From assembly GCA_029939995.1 (NCBI GenBank), contig JAOZRW010000004.1:10831-74830 (forward strand): a stretch of DNA of 64,000 bases, read 5' to 3'. Under the pieces are notes generated by a model that was given only the letters and a program-made list of their open reading frames with translations, was not told the origin of the DNA and ran no database searches. Position numbers and translations under genes: made by a program. The stretch's first letter is position 1; each line of letters opens with the position of its first letter. This document shows, piece after piece, positions 20,148 to 29,088 of this stretch. Source of the DNA: Acidimicrobiia bacterium. GTDB lineage: Bacteria > Actinomycetota > Acidimicrobiia > Spongiisociales > UBA5794.

Positions 20148-21076
20148 TAGGCCATGGTCGTGGCCTCACCCGAGAAGGTCAACGACCCCTGCGTCGCCCG
20201 TCGCGCGTCGTCCCTGTTGCGCCGACCCGCGAGCTCCACGATGAGGTCCAGTTCCTCGACGAGATCGTCGGGGCCGAACACGGGGAACGCCCCGTCGCGG
20301 ATCAACCGGTTCGTGCCCTCGGACGTCTCCCGATCGACGTCCCCCGGCATCGCGAAGACGGGGATCCCGTACTCGGCGGCCTTGAGCGCCGTGATCAACG
20401 CACCGCCCGTCCTGGCCGCCTCGACGACGACCACGGCGGAGGCCAGGCCGGCGATGATGCGGTTCCTCGGAGGGAACCGCCACGCATCCGGCCGGGCCCC
20501 CGGCGGGTACTCGGAGACGATCGCTCCTCCGCCTTCGAGGATCTGGTTGCCGAGGAGACGGTGCTCCTTCGGATACGTCACGTCGATGCCGCAGCCGAGA
20601 ACGGCCACTCCCCGCCCGTCGAGGGCGACCATGCCGCGGTGCGCTGCGCCGTCGATGCCCCGGGCAAGCCCGGAGACGACGGGCCACCCGGCGGCCGCGA
20701 CGGCGCGCCCGTACGCGTCGGCGAGCTCGAGCCCGTAGGCGGTGGCTCGCCGCGTTCCGACGATCGCGACACCGGATCCCGGCGGCAACGTTCCGCGAAC
20801 GAAGAGGGCGTCGGGGGCGTCTTCGAACCGATCGAGGTGCCCCGGATAGCCGTCGTCTCCGCGGGCGATCCACTCGATGCCGAGGTCGTGGAGCTCGATC
20901 CGGCGCCGTTCCGTAGACACAGTGACCCGTTCGCGGATCGCGTCCGACGTCCTTGCCCGACCGTGAATGATCGCCTCAACGGCGCCGGAGGGGCCGCCGT
21001 GGCGGCGCATCAGCTCGCGGGACCGGTCCGGGTGGAGACCGGCGAAGGACAGTCGAAGGCGATCATCGCGGCTCAC
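20147..21076 (-). CDS. dprA: DNA-processing protein DprA
   Basis: Core [42 protein letters not shown]...[15 protein letters not shown] 21076 overlaps the comM stop (GTGA). The longer ORF to 21247 is rejected. Confidence 0.88.
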   Translation of the reverse strand: MSRDDRLRLSFAGLHPDRSRELMRRHGGPSGAVEAIIHGRARTSDAIRERVTVSTERRRIELHDLGIEWIARGDDGYPGHLDRFEDAPDALFVRGTLPPGSGVAIVGTRRATAYGLELADAYGRAVAAAGWPVVSGLARGIDGAAHRGMVALDGRGVAVLGCGIDVTYPKEHRLLGNQILEGGGAIVSEYPPGARPDAWRFPPRNRIIAGLASAVVVVEAARTGGALITALKAAEYGIPVFAMPGDVDRETSEGTNRLIRDGAFPVFGPDDLVEELDLIVELAGRRNRDDARRATQGSLTFSGEATTMA

Positions 21077-22545
21077 ATCGTCACCCGCATGCTCAAGGCG
21101 GTCCGAACGTGTGCTTCGTCGACGGGCCCCGCTCCTTCGAGATCGGCGACGGTACGGGCCACCCGGCGGATGCGATCCCATCCACGCGCCGTCAGCGTGT
21201 CGCCTGCGGCTGCGGCATCGAGGACCGCGGCGGCACCCGTCGTCCATTCGAGGTCGTCGAGATCGCTACGGCCGAGTTCCCGGTTGAGACGGCCGCGCTC
21301 GTCGAACTGCCGTCTGCGCGCCGCGACGACCCGTGTGCGCACCGTCGCCGAGGCCTCGCCGCGACGGCCGGATAGCTCGGAGATCCGGAGTCGGGGCACG
21401 TCGACTTGCAGGTCGAACCGGTCGAGGAACGGCCCGGAGAATCGTCGCTTGTACTTGGCCTTCATCGAGGCCGTGCACGTGCATCCGACGATGCGATCTC
21501 CCTCGTAGCCGCACGGACACGGATTGGTCGCGGCCACCACCTGGGTGCGGCACGGGAACTCGACGGTCGCGCCCTTTCTAGCCACGATGACCGAACCGTC
21601 CTCGATCGGCGTTCGGAGAGCGTCGAGCAGGTGCGGCGGGAACTCTCCCAGCTCGTCGAGGAACAGCACACCGCGATGCGCGAGCACGACTTCGCCCGGT
21701 GTCGGGACGCCGGAGCCGCCGCCGATGAACGCCGCCAGCGACGCCGAGTAGTGGGGTGATCGGAAGGGAGGAACGAGCGCGTCGGGCCGTGCACGACCCG
21801 CTGCGGCCCAGACCAGCGCCACTTCCTGGGCGTCCCGGTCTTCGAGCGGGGGCAGGATCCCCGGCAGCGTGCGCGCGAGCATCGTCTTTCCCGAGCCGGG
21901 AGGGCCGCGGAACAGCAGGTGGTGGCCTCCGGCCGCCGCGATTTCCAGGGCTTCCCGTGCGTGTCGCTGACCCCGCACCTCGGAGAGGTCCGGGATGTTC
22001 GCGGCCTGCGCGACGAGCGCGTGGACTTCCTCCCCCGGTTCGGCCCCGGTCGATACTCCCACCGCATGTGCCAGCGATCGGACGGCACGCACCCCCAGGT
22101 CCTCGCGTCCCGCCGTCTCGGCCGCCGATTCCACGGGGAGAAGGCACGGGCGCCCGATGTCACGAGCAACCAGCGCCGCGCCCAGTCCGCCTCGTGCGGG
22201 ACGGACCTCCCCGTCGAGAGCGAGCTCCCCCAACGCCACGACGTCGGTGGCTCCATGCGGCAGCTTCCCGTCGGCGGCGAGAACTGCGAGCGCGATGGGC
22301 AGGTCGTAGGACGCTCCGAACTTCGGGAGATCGGCGGGTGACAGGTTCACGACGACGCGCTTGGCCGGGAACTCGTTCGCCGTGGATGCGAACGCGGCGC
22401 GAACCCGCTCCTTGGCCTCGCGCACGGCCGCATCGGGAAGACCGACGATCACGAACCCGGGCTTTCCCCCTCCGACGTGGGCTTCGACGCGAACGGGCTG
22501 TGGCTCGACCCCGACGATCGCGCTGGATGTGATGGTTGCGTTCAT
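21073..22545 (-). CDS. comM: YifB/ComM family Mg-chelatase-like AAA+ ATPase
   Basis: 490 aa. Lon-protease-like N-domain (VGLPDAAVREAKERV), Walker A GPPGSGKTMLA, ChlI-type ATPase and C-terminal domain. Confidence 0.9.
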   Translation of the reverse strand: MNATITSSAIVGVEPQPVRVEAHVGGGKPGFVIVGLPDAAVREAKERVRAAFASTANEFPAKRVVVNLSPADLPKFGASYDLPIALAVLAADGKLPHGATDVVALGELALDGEVRPARGGLGAALVARDIGRPCLLPVESAAETAGREDLGVRAVRSLAHAVGVSTGAEPGEEVHALVAQAANIPDLSEVRGQRHAREALEIAAAGGHHLLFRGPPGSGKTMLARTLPGILPPLEDRDAQEVALVWAAAGRARPDALVPPFRSPHYSASLAAFIGGGSGVPTPGEVVLAHRGVLFLDELGEFPPHLLDALRTPIEDGSVIVARKGATVEFPCRTQVVAATNPCPCGYEGDRIVGCTCTASMKAKYKRRFSGPFLDRFDLQVDVPRLRISELSGRRGEASATVRTRVVAARRRQFDERGRLNRELGRSDLDDLEWTTGAAAVLDAAAAGDTLTARGWDRIRRVARTVADLEGAGPVDEAHVRTALSMRVTM

Positions 22546-22590
22546 GCACGCAACGTACGACGCCGGTGTGACGGAAACCGGACGGCGGTC

Positions 22591-23367
22591 TCAGCGGCCC
22601 TTGAAGTCCGGAGGTCGTTTCTGGAAGAACGCCGCCGCTCCTTCGAACAAGTCCTCCGACCCGAGCAACGTCGACTGAGCCTGTCCCTCGAACGCGAGAG
22701 CCTGCTCGAACGTCATCGATGAAGAGCGATCGAGCGCCACCTTGATGAGGTGCTGGGCGAGCGGGGCGCCGTCGGCGAGGCCCGCGGCCACTTCCATCGC
22801 CCGGTCGTCGATGGCTCCGTGATCGACGACCTCGACGACGAGACCGATCTCGAGGGCCTCGTCCGCGCCGACCATGCGTCCCGTCAGGGCGATCTCTCTG
22901 GCACGGGCGAGCCCGACGAGGCGCGGAAGGAGCCATGTCCCGCCGAAGTCGAGGGTCAGTCCCCGATTGACGAAGATCTCGGCGAACCGTGCCCGCTCCG
23001 TGGCGATCACGACGTCACATCCGAGGGCCAGGTTCATGCCGGCGCCCACCGCGACGCCGTCGACCGCGGCGACCGTCGGTTTCGAGATGCGGTGCAGCGC
23101 AAGTGCCGCCCGGTTGGGCAGTTCCATGTAGCCGGCGTTCGCCGCGGCGGTCCCGAAACCGGAGAAGTCGGCGCTGAGGTCGGCTCCCGCTGAGAAGTCC
23201 CCGTCGTCGCCGGTGATCACGAGGGTCCGCTGATCGGAGGTCTCGAACGCCTCGAACGCCTCGGCCAGTTCGATCCAGCCGTTGCGGGGAATGGCGTTCT
23301 TCGTTCCCGGTGCCGACATCGTCAGTCGACGGACCCGGCCGCGATCCTCGGTCGATACGAAATTCAT
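22591..23367 (-). CDS. Enoyl-CoA hydratase/isomerase (crotonase) family protein
   Basis: 258 aa: ITGDDGDFSAGADL and VAAVDGVAVGAGMNLALGCD oxyanion-hole motifs. Confidence 0.85.
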   Translation of the reverse strand: MNFVSTEDRGRVRRLTMSAPGTKNAIPRNGWIELAEAFEAFETSDQRTLVITGDDGDFSAGADLSADFSGFGTAAANAGYMELPNRAALALHRISKPTVAAVDGVAVGAGMNLALGCDVVIATERARFAEIFVNRGLTLDFGGTWLLPRLVGLARAREIALTGRMVGADEALEIGLVVEVVDHGAIDDRAMEVAAGLADGAPLAQHLIKVALDRSSSMTFEQALAFEGQAQSTLLGSEDLFEGAAAFFQKRPPDFKGR

Positions 23368-23481
23368 GCGATGAAGCTAGCAGCACCGTGGACGCGATCG
23401 TCTCCCCGCGCGGCCGTCGCTCTCACCGACGCGGGATCACCGGCCGTCTGGAATCCACCGAACGGCGATACGCTGATCACC

Positions 23482-23715
23482 ATGGAGTCCGGGCTTTCAC
23501 GATCGTACGGACGCTTCGGGGAGGAGGCCGTCACCCCGGTGCAGCCCTACCAGGCACGCAAGGCGTATGTGTGTCCCGGCTGTGGTGCCGCGATCGACGT
23601 GGGTGTCGGGCATCTCGTCGTGGTTCCGATCCATGATCCGGACCTGCGACGACACTGGCACCGGGGGTGTTGGTTCAAGGAGCAGCGGCGGCGCGGGTCA
23701 GCCGACGCCGGGTGA
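23482..23715 (+). CDS. Small zinc-ribbon-like hypothetical protein
   Basis: Part of ORF 23371..23715. From Met-38: MESGLSRSYGRFGEEAVTPVQPYQARKAYVCPGCGAAIDVGVGHLVVVPIHDPDLRRHWHRGCW (CxxC ... HxxC). Start uncertain. The 3' end overlaps the convergent yraN by 18 nt. Confidence 0.5.
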   Translation: MESGLSRSYGRFGEEAVTPVQPYQARKAYVCPGCGAAIDVGVGHLVVVPIHDPDLRRHWHRGCWFKEQRRRGSADAG

Positions 23716-24027
23716 CCATCGGATCGTTGCTCCGACGGGGGTCAACTCGACCGCGATCAGGTCGATGCGGTGGGCCGGAAGCGCACGCGCGGCCCGTCTG
23801 ATCCTGGCGGCCTTCTCCTCGTCGTAGTTCTCCCACGGGCGGGATCCGGTTCCCGCCCCCGTCTTGACTTCGACGACGACCAGCTCACCGTCGAGCTTCA
23901 TGAGGATGTCGATCTCATCTCGCCCGACCCGCAGGTTCTTCCCGATGACCGTCGCGCCGCGACGTTCGAGGAACCGAAGAGCGATGGTTTCACCGGCGGC
24001 TCCGACGGACATTCGGCGGGTCGGCAT
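23698..24027 (-). CDS. yraN: YraN family (UPF0102) endonuclease-like protein
   Basis: 109 aa: GETIALRFLERRGATVIGKNLRVGRDEIDILMKLDGELVVVEVK. Confidence 0.85.
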   Translation of the reverse strand: MPTRRMSVGAAGETIALRFLERRGATVIGKNLRVGRDEIDILMKLDGELVVVEVKTGAGTGSRPWENYDEEKAARIRRAARALPAHRIDLIAVELTPVGATIRWSPGVG

Positions 24028-24059
24028 GCCGTCATCTTCTCAGCCGGGTGTGACGCGAA

Positions 24060-24356
24060 TCAGAACTCGGAGGGGATGTCGGTCTCTTCGATGTTGACGT
24101 CCCGGAAGGTCATCACCCTGACCCGTTTCACGAAACGAGCCGGCCGGAACATGTCCCAGACCCAGGCATCCTCGAGCTCGATCTCGAAGTAGACGGACCC
24201 TTCGACGGATCGCGTGTTCATCTCGACCTTGTTGGCCAGGTAGAACCTGCGCTCGGTCTCGACGACGTACCGGAACATCGGGAGCACGTCGCGGTACTCG
24301 CGGTAGATCTGCAGTTCGACATCGGTTTCGAATCGCTCGAGATCCTCGTCGCCCAC
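24060..24356 (-). CDS. DUF2469 protein (Rv2901c-like)
   Basis: 98 aa: DLERFETDVELQIYREYRDVLPMFRYVVETERRFYLANKVE, a conserved actinobacterial small protein near lepB. Confidence 0.8.
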   Translation of the reverse strand: MGDEDLERFETDVELQIYREYRDVLPMFRYVVETERRFYLANKVEMNTRSVEGSVYFEIELEDAWVWDMFRPARFVKRVRVMTFRDVNIEETDIPSEF

Positions 24357-24419
24357 CGTGCTGCTCCCGTTCTCCGTGGCGCCGTCGATGCTACCGGCCG
24401 GTCGCGCGTAACCCGCCGG

Positions 24420-25082
24420 TCACAGCGTCGCCCATCGGTCGATCGGCCACATGATCACGAACGCGCGCCCGACGATCGTGTCGGTGGGCACGGTTCCGAA
24501 GTAACGGCTGTCCTGGCTTGCGTTCCGGTTGTCGCCCATCACGAACATCTCCCCCGGCGGCACGATGATCGGACCGAAGTCGGCCATGACCGATCCGGTC
24601 TTCAGATACGGCTCGTCGATCGGGATACCGTCGATGAGGACCCGGCCCTGGACGATCTCGACCCGCTCCCCCGGCAACCCGATCACGCGCTTGATGAACT
24701 CGGTCCGGGGCACGGAGACGCCGATCGCCTCCGTGACGTTGCGTCGTGCAGCTTCGAACATCGTCTCCTCGGGTGCCTCGCCGCCGCGGGGATCGTCGAA
24801 CACGATGACCTGCCCGCGCTGAAGGTCCCCGAGCCGGTATGCGAGTTTGTTGACCATGACGCGATCGTTGATCTGGAGTGTGTCCTCCATCGACGACGAG
24901 GGAATCCAGAACGCCTGGAAGAAGAACGTCTTGATGATCACGGCGATGACGAGAGCGGCGAGGATCAGGAGCGGCAGTTCGAGCCAGAACGGGAGTGTGT
25001 GCTTCTCACCGTCGTCGGCGGCTTCGACGCCCAAGGGCTCCGGCGGTATCGGGTCGAGGTCGAAATCAGTCACGGCCGCCAC
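24420..25082 (-). CDS. lepB: Signal peptidase I
   Basis: TM anchor, then IPSSSMEDTL (Ser box), KRVIGLPGE (Lys box) and GDNRNASQDSR. GTG 25082 lies just after the upstream stop. The longer ORF to 25163 overlaps the glycosylase gene. Confidence 0.9.
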   Translation of the reverse strand: MAAVTDFDLDPIPPEPLGVEAADDGEKHTLPFWLELPLLILAALVIAVIIKTFFFQAFWIPSSSMEDTLQINDRVMVNKLAYRLGDLQRGQVIVFDDPRGGEAPEETMFEAARRNVTEAIGVSVPRTEFIKRVIGLPGERVEIVQGRVLIDGIPIDEPYLKTGSVMADFGPIIVPPGEMFVMGDNRNASQDSRYFGTVPTDTIVGRAFVIMWPIDRWATL

Positions 25083-25083
25083 C

Positions 25084-25695
25084 CTACCGCCCGTCCTCAC
25101 CAAACCGGTCCCCACGGGGGCCGCCGAGATAGTCGTACCAGAGCATGCGTGCGGCGACGGCACGCAACGGGCGCCACCCGTCGGCCCATCGATTCGTTTC
25201 CGCGACGTCCGGCACGTCCGGGAGGTCGAGGAGACGGCCGACGGCTACCTGGAGCGCCCGGTCCCCCGGGGGCCAGGCGTCGGGTCGGCGGAGCACGAAG
25301 AGGAGGTAGCACGCGGCCGTCCAGGGCCCGACTCCCCGGATCTGGAGCAGTTGGGAAGCCGCGTCGGCGTCATCGAGCTTCGCGATCGCGTCGAAGTCGA
25401 TCGTCCCGTCGAGCACGCCGGACGCGACTCCTCTGACGTATCCGGTCTTCTGGCGGGAGAATCCGATGGCTCTCAACTCGTCGTCGCTCAGCCCGAGGAA
25501 AGGCTGGGGGCGGACCGCTCCGATCGCTTCGACGAGTCGTCGATACGCCGCGTCGGCCGATGCGAGCGACACCTGCTGTTCGAGGATGAAGCGAAGCATC
25601 GTCGCGAACCCGGGGTCTCGGGGCCACAGCGGCGGGACGCCGTTGCGGTCGGCGAGCCGCGCCATCAGAGGATCCACCTCCGAAAGACGGGTCAC
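25084..25695 (-). CDS. HhH-GPD family DNA glycosylase (AlkA/3-methyladenine glycosylase II-like)
   Basis: 203 aa: ILEQQVSLASADAAYRRL ... LLQIRGVGPWTAACYLLFVLRRPDAWPPGDRAL (helix-hairpin-helix plus GPD region). Confidence 0.8.
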   Translation of the reverse strand: MTRLSEVDPLMARLADRNGVPPLWPRDPGFATMLRFILEQQVSLASADAAYRRLVEAIGAVRPQPFLGLSDDELRAIGFSRQKTGYVRGVASGVLDGTIDFDAIAKLDDADAASQLLQIRGVGPWTAACYLLFVLRRPDAWPPGDRALQVAVGRLLDLPDVPDVAETNRWADGWRPLRAVAARMLWYDYLGGPRGDRFGEDGR

Positions 25696-25787
25696 TGCGC
25701 TGCCGAGCGTCTCGTCGTCCAGCGACGCGACAACGACCCGCCGGGAAGACGGGTCGTGTTCGATTGCGCTGGTCCGGTCCGGGTCGG

Positions 25788-26132
25788 TCAGTCGCGCTTC
25801 TCCTTGATGCGCGTGGCCTTGCCGACGCGATCGCGCAGGTAGTAGAGCTTCGCCCGGCGCACGTCGCCGCGACGCGTGACCTCGATCTGCTGGATGATCG
25901 GTGCGTGAACGGGGAAGATGCGCTCGACCCCCACACCGAAGCTGATCTTGCGCACGGTGAAGGTCTCGCGGATACCGCCGCCTTTGCGAGCGATCACGAC
26001 GCCTTCGAACGCCTGCGTGCGTTCCTTGCCACCCTCGATGACGCGTACGTGCACGCGAACGGTGTCGCCGGGACCGAAGTCCGGGATGTCGTCGCGCAGT
26101 TGTGCGCCGTCGATCTGTTCGATCAAGTTCAC
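25788..26132 (-). CDS. rplS: 50S ribosomal protein L19
   Basis: 114 aa: [44 protein letters not shown]. Confidence 0.97.
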   Translation of the reverse strand: MNLIEQIDGAQLRDDIPDFGPGDTVRVHVRVIEGGKERTQAFEGVVIARKGGGIRETFTVRKISFGVGVERIFPVHAPIIQQIEVTRRGDVRRAKLYYLRDRVGKATRIKEKRD

Positions 26133-26223
26133 GGGATCCTCCAGAAACGCAAAAGGGGGGAAGAGCGGTGGCGTATGTTACTGCGGTTTCGCTTCAAGTC
26201 GATCGGCAGATGAGACGGCTGCC

Positions 26224-26889
26224 CTACTCGTCGAAGAGGTCGGGTCGCCGCTCCCGTGTCCGCCGCTCCCGCTGCTCCGCCCGCCACGCCTCGATCCTGG
26301 CATGGTCGCCCGACCGCAGCACTTCAGGAACGGTCCATCCCCGGAACTCGGCCGGTCTCGTGTAGTGCGGTTCCTCGAGAAGTCCCTCGCGGAAACTCTC
26401 GGTCTCGACCGACGTTGGATTCCCGACGACGCCGGAGAGCAGTCGCGTCACCCCCTCGATGGCGACGAGCGCTGCCACTTCGCCGCCGAGCAGCACGTAG
26501 TCGCCGATCGAGATCTCCTCGTCGATGAAGTGCTCGGCGACCCGCTCGTCGATGCCCTCGTATCGGCCGCACACGAACGTGAGGTCCTCCATCGTCGCCC
26601 AACGGTCCAGCGTCTCCTGATCCAGGGGCGTTCCCCCGGGGGTGAAGAGCACGCGATGGGTGTCCGACAGCGGTTCGAGCGCCTCGGCGAGGGGCTGGAC
26701 CATCATCACCATCCCGGCGCCGCCGCCGAACGGTGCGTCGTCGACCTGACGGTGCACGCCCTTGCCGTGCTCCCGCAGGTCGAAGAGGCGTACGTCGAGC
26801 GTGCCGTCGCGCCGGGCCTTTCCGACGAGGCTCACTTCGAGAGGCGAGGTGAAGAAGTCGGGGAAAATGGTGATGATGTTGATCCGCAT
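26224..26889 (-). CDS. trmD: tRNA (guanine37-N1)-methyltransferase
   Basis: 221 aa: MRINIITIFPDFF...DDAPFGGGAGMVMM...LFTPGG...VCGRYEGIDERV. Confidence 0.95.
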   Translation of the reverse strand: MRINIITIFPDFFTSPLEVSLVGKARRDGTLDVRLFDLREHGKGVHRQVDDAPFGGGAGMVMMVQPLAEALEPLSDTHRVLFTPGGTPLDQETLDRWATMEDLTFVCGRYEGIDERVAEHFIDEEISIGDYVLLGGEVAALVAIEGVTRLLSGVVGNPTSVETESFREGLLEEPHYTRPAEFRGWTVPEVLRSGDHARIEAWRAEQRERRTRERRPDLFDE

Positions 26890-26966
26890 CGCCGTCCGAT
26901 GGTACCGGGGATCTCCCCTCGACTAGATTTGCAGCGAGGCACCGCAGCTCAGAGAGGGAGACGACC

Positions 26967-27653
26967 GTGCAGATCAACATCGATTACCGCCCGTCCTACG
27001 CCACCGCGAAGGTCGAGTTGGACCCGGCGGAGGAGATCGTCGTCGAGGGTGGGGCCATGGTTGCCATGTCCTCCGATCTCGAACTCCAGACGAAGGCTCG
27101 CGGCGGGTTCCTCAAGTCGCTCGGACGGGCCACGTTCGGCGGGGAGAGCTTCTTCCTCAACACCTACAAGGCCCCGGCCTCCGGGGGCCGGATCTACCTC
27201 GCTCCCGCCCTGCCGGGTGACATGAAGGTGATGGAGATGCAGGGTGAGACGCTCATGGTGCAGAGCGGCGGCTACATCGCTTCGTCCCCATCGCTCGAGG
27301 TCGATACGAAGTGGAGCGGAGGCAAGACGTTCTTCGCCAGCGAGGGGCTCATCATGCTCAAGGTGCATGGAACCGGGAATCTGATCATCTCGGCGTACGG
27401 CGCGATCGAGGAGATCGTGCTCGGGCCGGGCGAGAAGTTCACGGTCGACACGGGACACCTCGTGACGTTCACCGAGGGGATGGGGTTCAACGTCCGCAAG
27501 GTCGGGGGTTGGAAGAGCACCCTCCTCAGCGGCGAGGGCCTCGTCGTGGATCTGACGGGCCCCGGCCGTGCAACGCTCCAGACCCGGTCCGAGGATGCGT
27601 TCCTGAGCTGGCTGGTTCCGAAGCTCCCGAACCAGAACGCCAGCCGCGCATAA
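26967..27653 (+). CDS. TIGR00266 / DUF124 (AIM24-like) family protein
   Basis: 228 aa. GTG start after GAGAGGGAG. Beta-rich MQINIDYRPSYATAKVELDPAEEIVVEGGAMVAMS...GEGLVVDLTGPGRATLQTRS. Confidence 0.7.
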   Translation: MQINIDYRPSYATAKVELDPAEEIVVEGGAMVAMSSDLELQTKARGGFLKSLGRATFGGESFFLNTYKAPASGGRIYLAPALPGDMKVMEMQGETLMVQSGGYIASSPSLEVDTKWSGGKTFFASEGLIMLKVHGTGNLIISAYGAIEEIVLGPGEKFTVDTGHLVTFTEGMGFNVRKVGGWKSTLLSGEGLVVDLTGPGRATLQTRSEDAFLSWLVPKLPNQNASRA

Positions 27654-27675
27654 TCGAGCCCGGCCGCCCCCCACT

Positions 27676-27745
27676 CTGCGAACCCAGGGCTCGTAGGCGC
27701 ACATAGGCGCGCTTTCGGCCCACAGAACGATGATTCTCAGCGATC
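27676..27745 (+). repeat. Intergenic repeat, type-2 unit (copy D)
   Basis: CTGCGAACCCAGGGCTCGTAGGCGCACATAGGCGCGCTTTCGGCCCACAG plus tail ...TCTCAGCGATC. Near-identical units at 51852..51921 (+) and 60059..60116 (-). Starts 23 nt after the stop of the co-oriented DUF124 gene. Confidence 0.85.
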
Positions 27746-27819
27746 CGCACACATCGGGTGTGATCGCCTTCGTGAAGTCGGTGGGCGCGCCCTGATCGCC
27801 GGTGACGATAAGCGTGACG

Positions 27820-28551
27820 TCAAGCGTCTCCGCGCCGATACCAGTACCGATAGAGCGGTTCGTATCCGAGCGCCCGGTACAGGTTCAGGGCCGGGTCGTT
27901 GTCCTCGGCCACCTGAAGGAACGCGCGTGTTGCGCCCTCCCGAACTCCGAACGCATGGAGGGCTTCCATGATCCTCTTGGCGTGGCCCCGCCGCCGTTCG
28001 CCGGGGCGCACCGCGACCTCGAACACGCCCAGGAGGCCCTCCCCGACGACACCGAACCCGGCGCCCGCCGCCCCGTCGTCGCCGAGCGACGTGACGAAAG
28101 AGGCCGGTGAGGGGACCGCGGCGATGGTCGCCAACCAGGGTCCAGCGAGCGACCGGTCGACATCGAGCGCCTCGAGTTCGGTCGCGACCCACGCCTCGGT
28201 GGCGACCGGAGACGATGCGACCCCCAGGACGGGTTCCACGCCGTCGAGCGCCCGTGTCATGACGGAGACGGGTGCCTCGAGGCGGTATCCACGCTCGTCG
28301 AGGATCCGATCGATCGCGGGGTCGCACGTCGGCGTGATCCGATAGAGCGGTGAGAGCCCGCGCACGGTGTACCACGCGGCGACGTCGTCGAGCCGGCGTT
28401 CCACGTCCCCGGGCAGCGGACCGCAGGGGGCCGCCGAGTTGCGGCGACGCGAGAAGCCGTCGCCGGCCGAGAGGACCCACTCCCCCACCGTCGTCCGTTC
28501 GGCGGTGGGCCAGCTCGATGCGGCGACGCGTTCGATCGCTTCGATCGTCAT
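27820..28551 (-). CDS. GNAT family N-acetyltransferase
   Basis: C-terminal 243 aa of ORF 27820..29172, starting MTIEAIERVAASSWPTAERTT...; acetyl-CoA site VRPGERRRGHAKRIMEAL. ATG 28551 overlaps the upstream stop (ATGA). Confidence 0.8.
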   Translation of the reverse strand: MTIEAIERVAASSWPTAERTTVGEWVLSAGDGFSRRRNSAAPCGPLPGDVERRLDDVAAWYTVRGLSPLYRITPTCDPAIDRILDERGYRLEAPVSVMTRALDGVEPVLGVASSPVATEAWVATELEALDVDRSLAGPWLATIAAVPSPASFVTSLGDDGAAGAGFGVVGEGLLGVFEVAVRPGERRRGHAKRIMEALHAFGVREGATRAFLQVAEDNDPALNLYRALGYEPLYRYWYRRGDA

Positions 28552-28961
28552 GACGGCAACAGGTAGGGGTGGAGGGCTTCGGCCATGTGCGCGGGGAAGC
28601 GGATCGGCCGCCCGTTCAGGTTGGTCGCCGCCGCGTTCAGGTCCTGCTCGACGTACACCTCGTCGCAGCACAGGATCCGCTGGTGCCAGCGGGACGTCAC
28701 GCGTTTGAACTCGACCACTCCCGTCTCCACGACGAGCTCCTCGTCCGGTCCGGCGGACTTGAGGAACCGGGTGGCGATGCTGGTCACGACGATCATCACC
28801 CCCTCGTCCTTCATGCCCTGGAGGCTCAGCCCGGCCTCGTGGAGGAGCTCGACCCTCGCCGCTTCGAAGTACTGGATGTAGACGGAGTGGTTGACGTGCT
28901 GGTAGGGATCCAGCTCGTAGAAGCGAACACGGATGGGGAATCGATGCGCCACAGCCGCCAA
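28548..28961 (-). CDS. Acyl-CoA thioesterase, 4HBT/YbgC hotdog family
   Basis: HRFPIRVRFYELDPYQHVNHSVYIQYFEAARVELL. The start is ambiguous: TTG 28961 (6 nt after GGGAGGGGG), GTG 28952, or GTG 28979, which would abut repeat A. Confidence 0.8.
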   Translation of the reverse strand: MAAVAHRFPIRVRFYELDPYQHVNHSVYIQYFEAARVELLHEAGLSLQGMKDEGVMIVVTSIATRFLKSAGPDEELVVETGVVEFKRVTSRWHQRILCCDEVYVEQDLNAAATNLNGRPIRFPAHMAEALHPYLLPS

Positions 28962-28979
28962 TGTACCCCCTCCCGCCAC

Positions 28980-29088
28980 GAACCCAGGGTTCTCTGCGCC
29001 CTATTTGACGTCCCGGGCCCGCGGAATGGAGAGCCCCTGTGAACCGCGGGCCGGAGACGGCATATACAACGCAGAGAACCCTGGGTTC
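28980..29088. repeat. Intergenic repeat, type-1 inverted-repeat hairpin element (copy A, 109 nt)
   Basis: Perfect 19-nt terminal inverted repeats GAACCCAGGGTTCTCTGCG / CGCAGAGAACCCTGGGTTC. The inner arms ...GGCCCGCGG / CCGCGGGCC... also pair. The first 33 nt are identical to copy B (57490..57522). Confidence 0.9.

Noticed and set aside
21077-21247. Longer dprA start at 21247
   Set aside because: It would overlap comM by 175 nt with Arg-rich sequence. GTG 21076 gives the GTGA coupling seen throughout this region.
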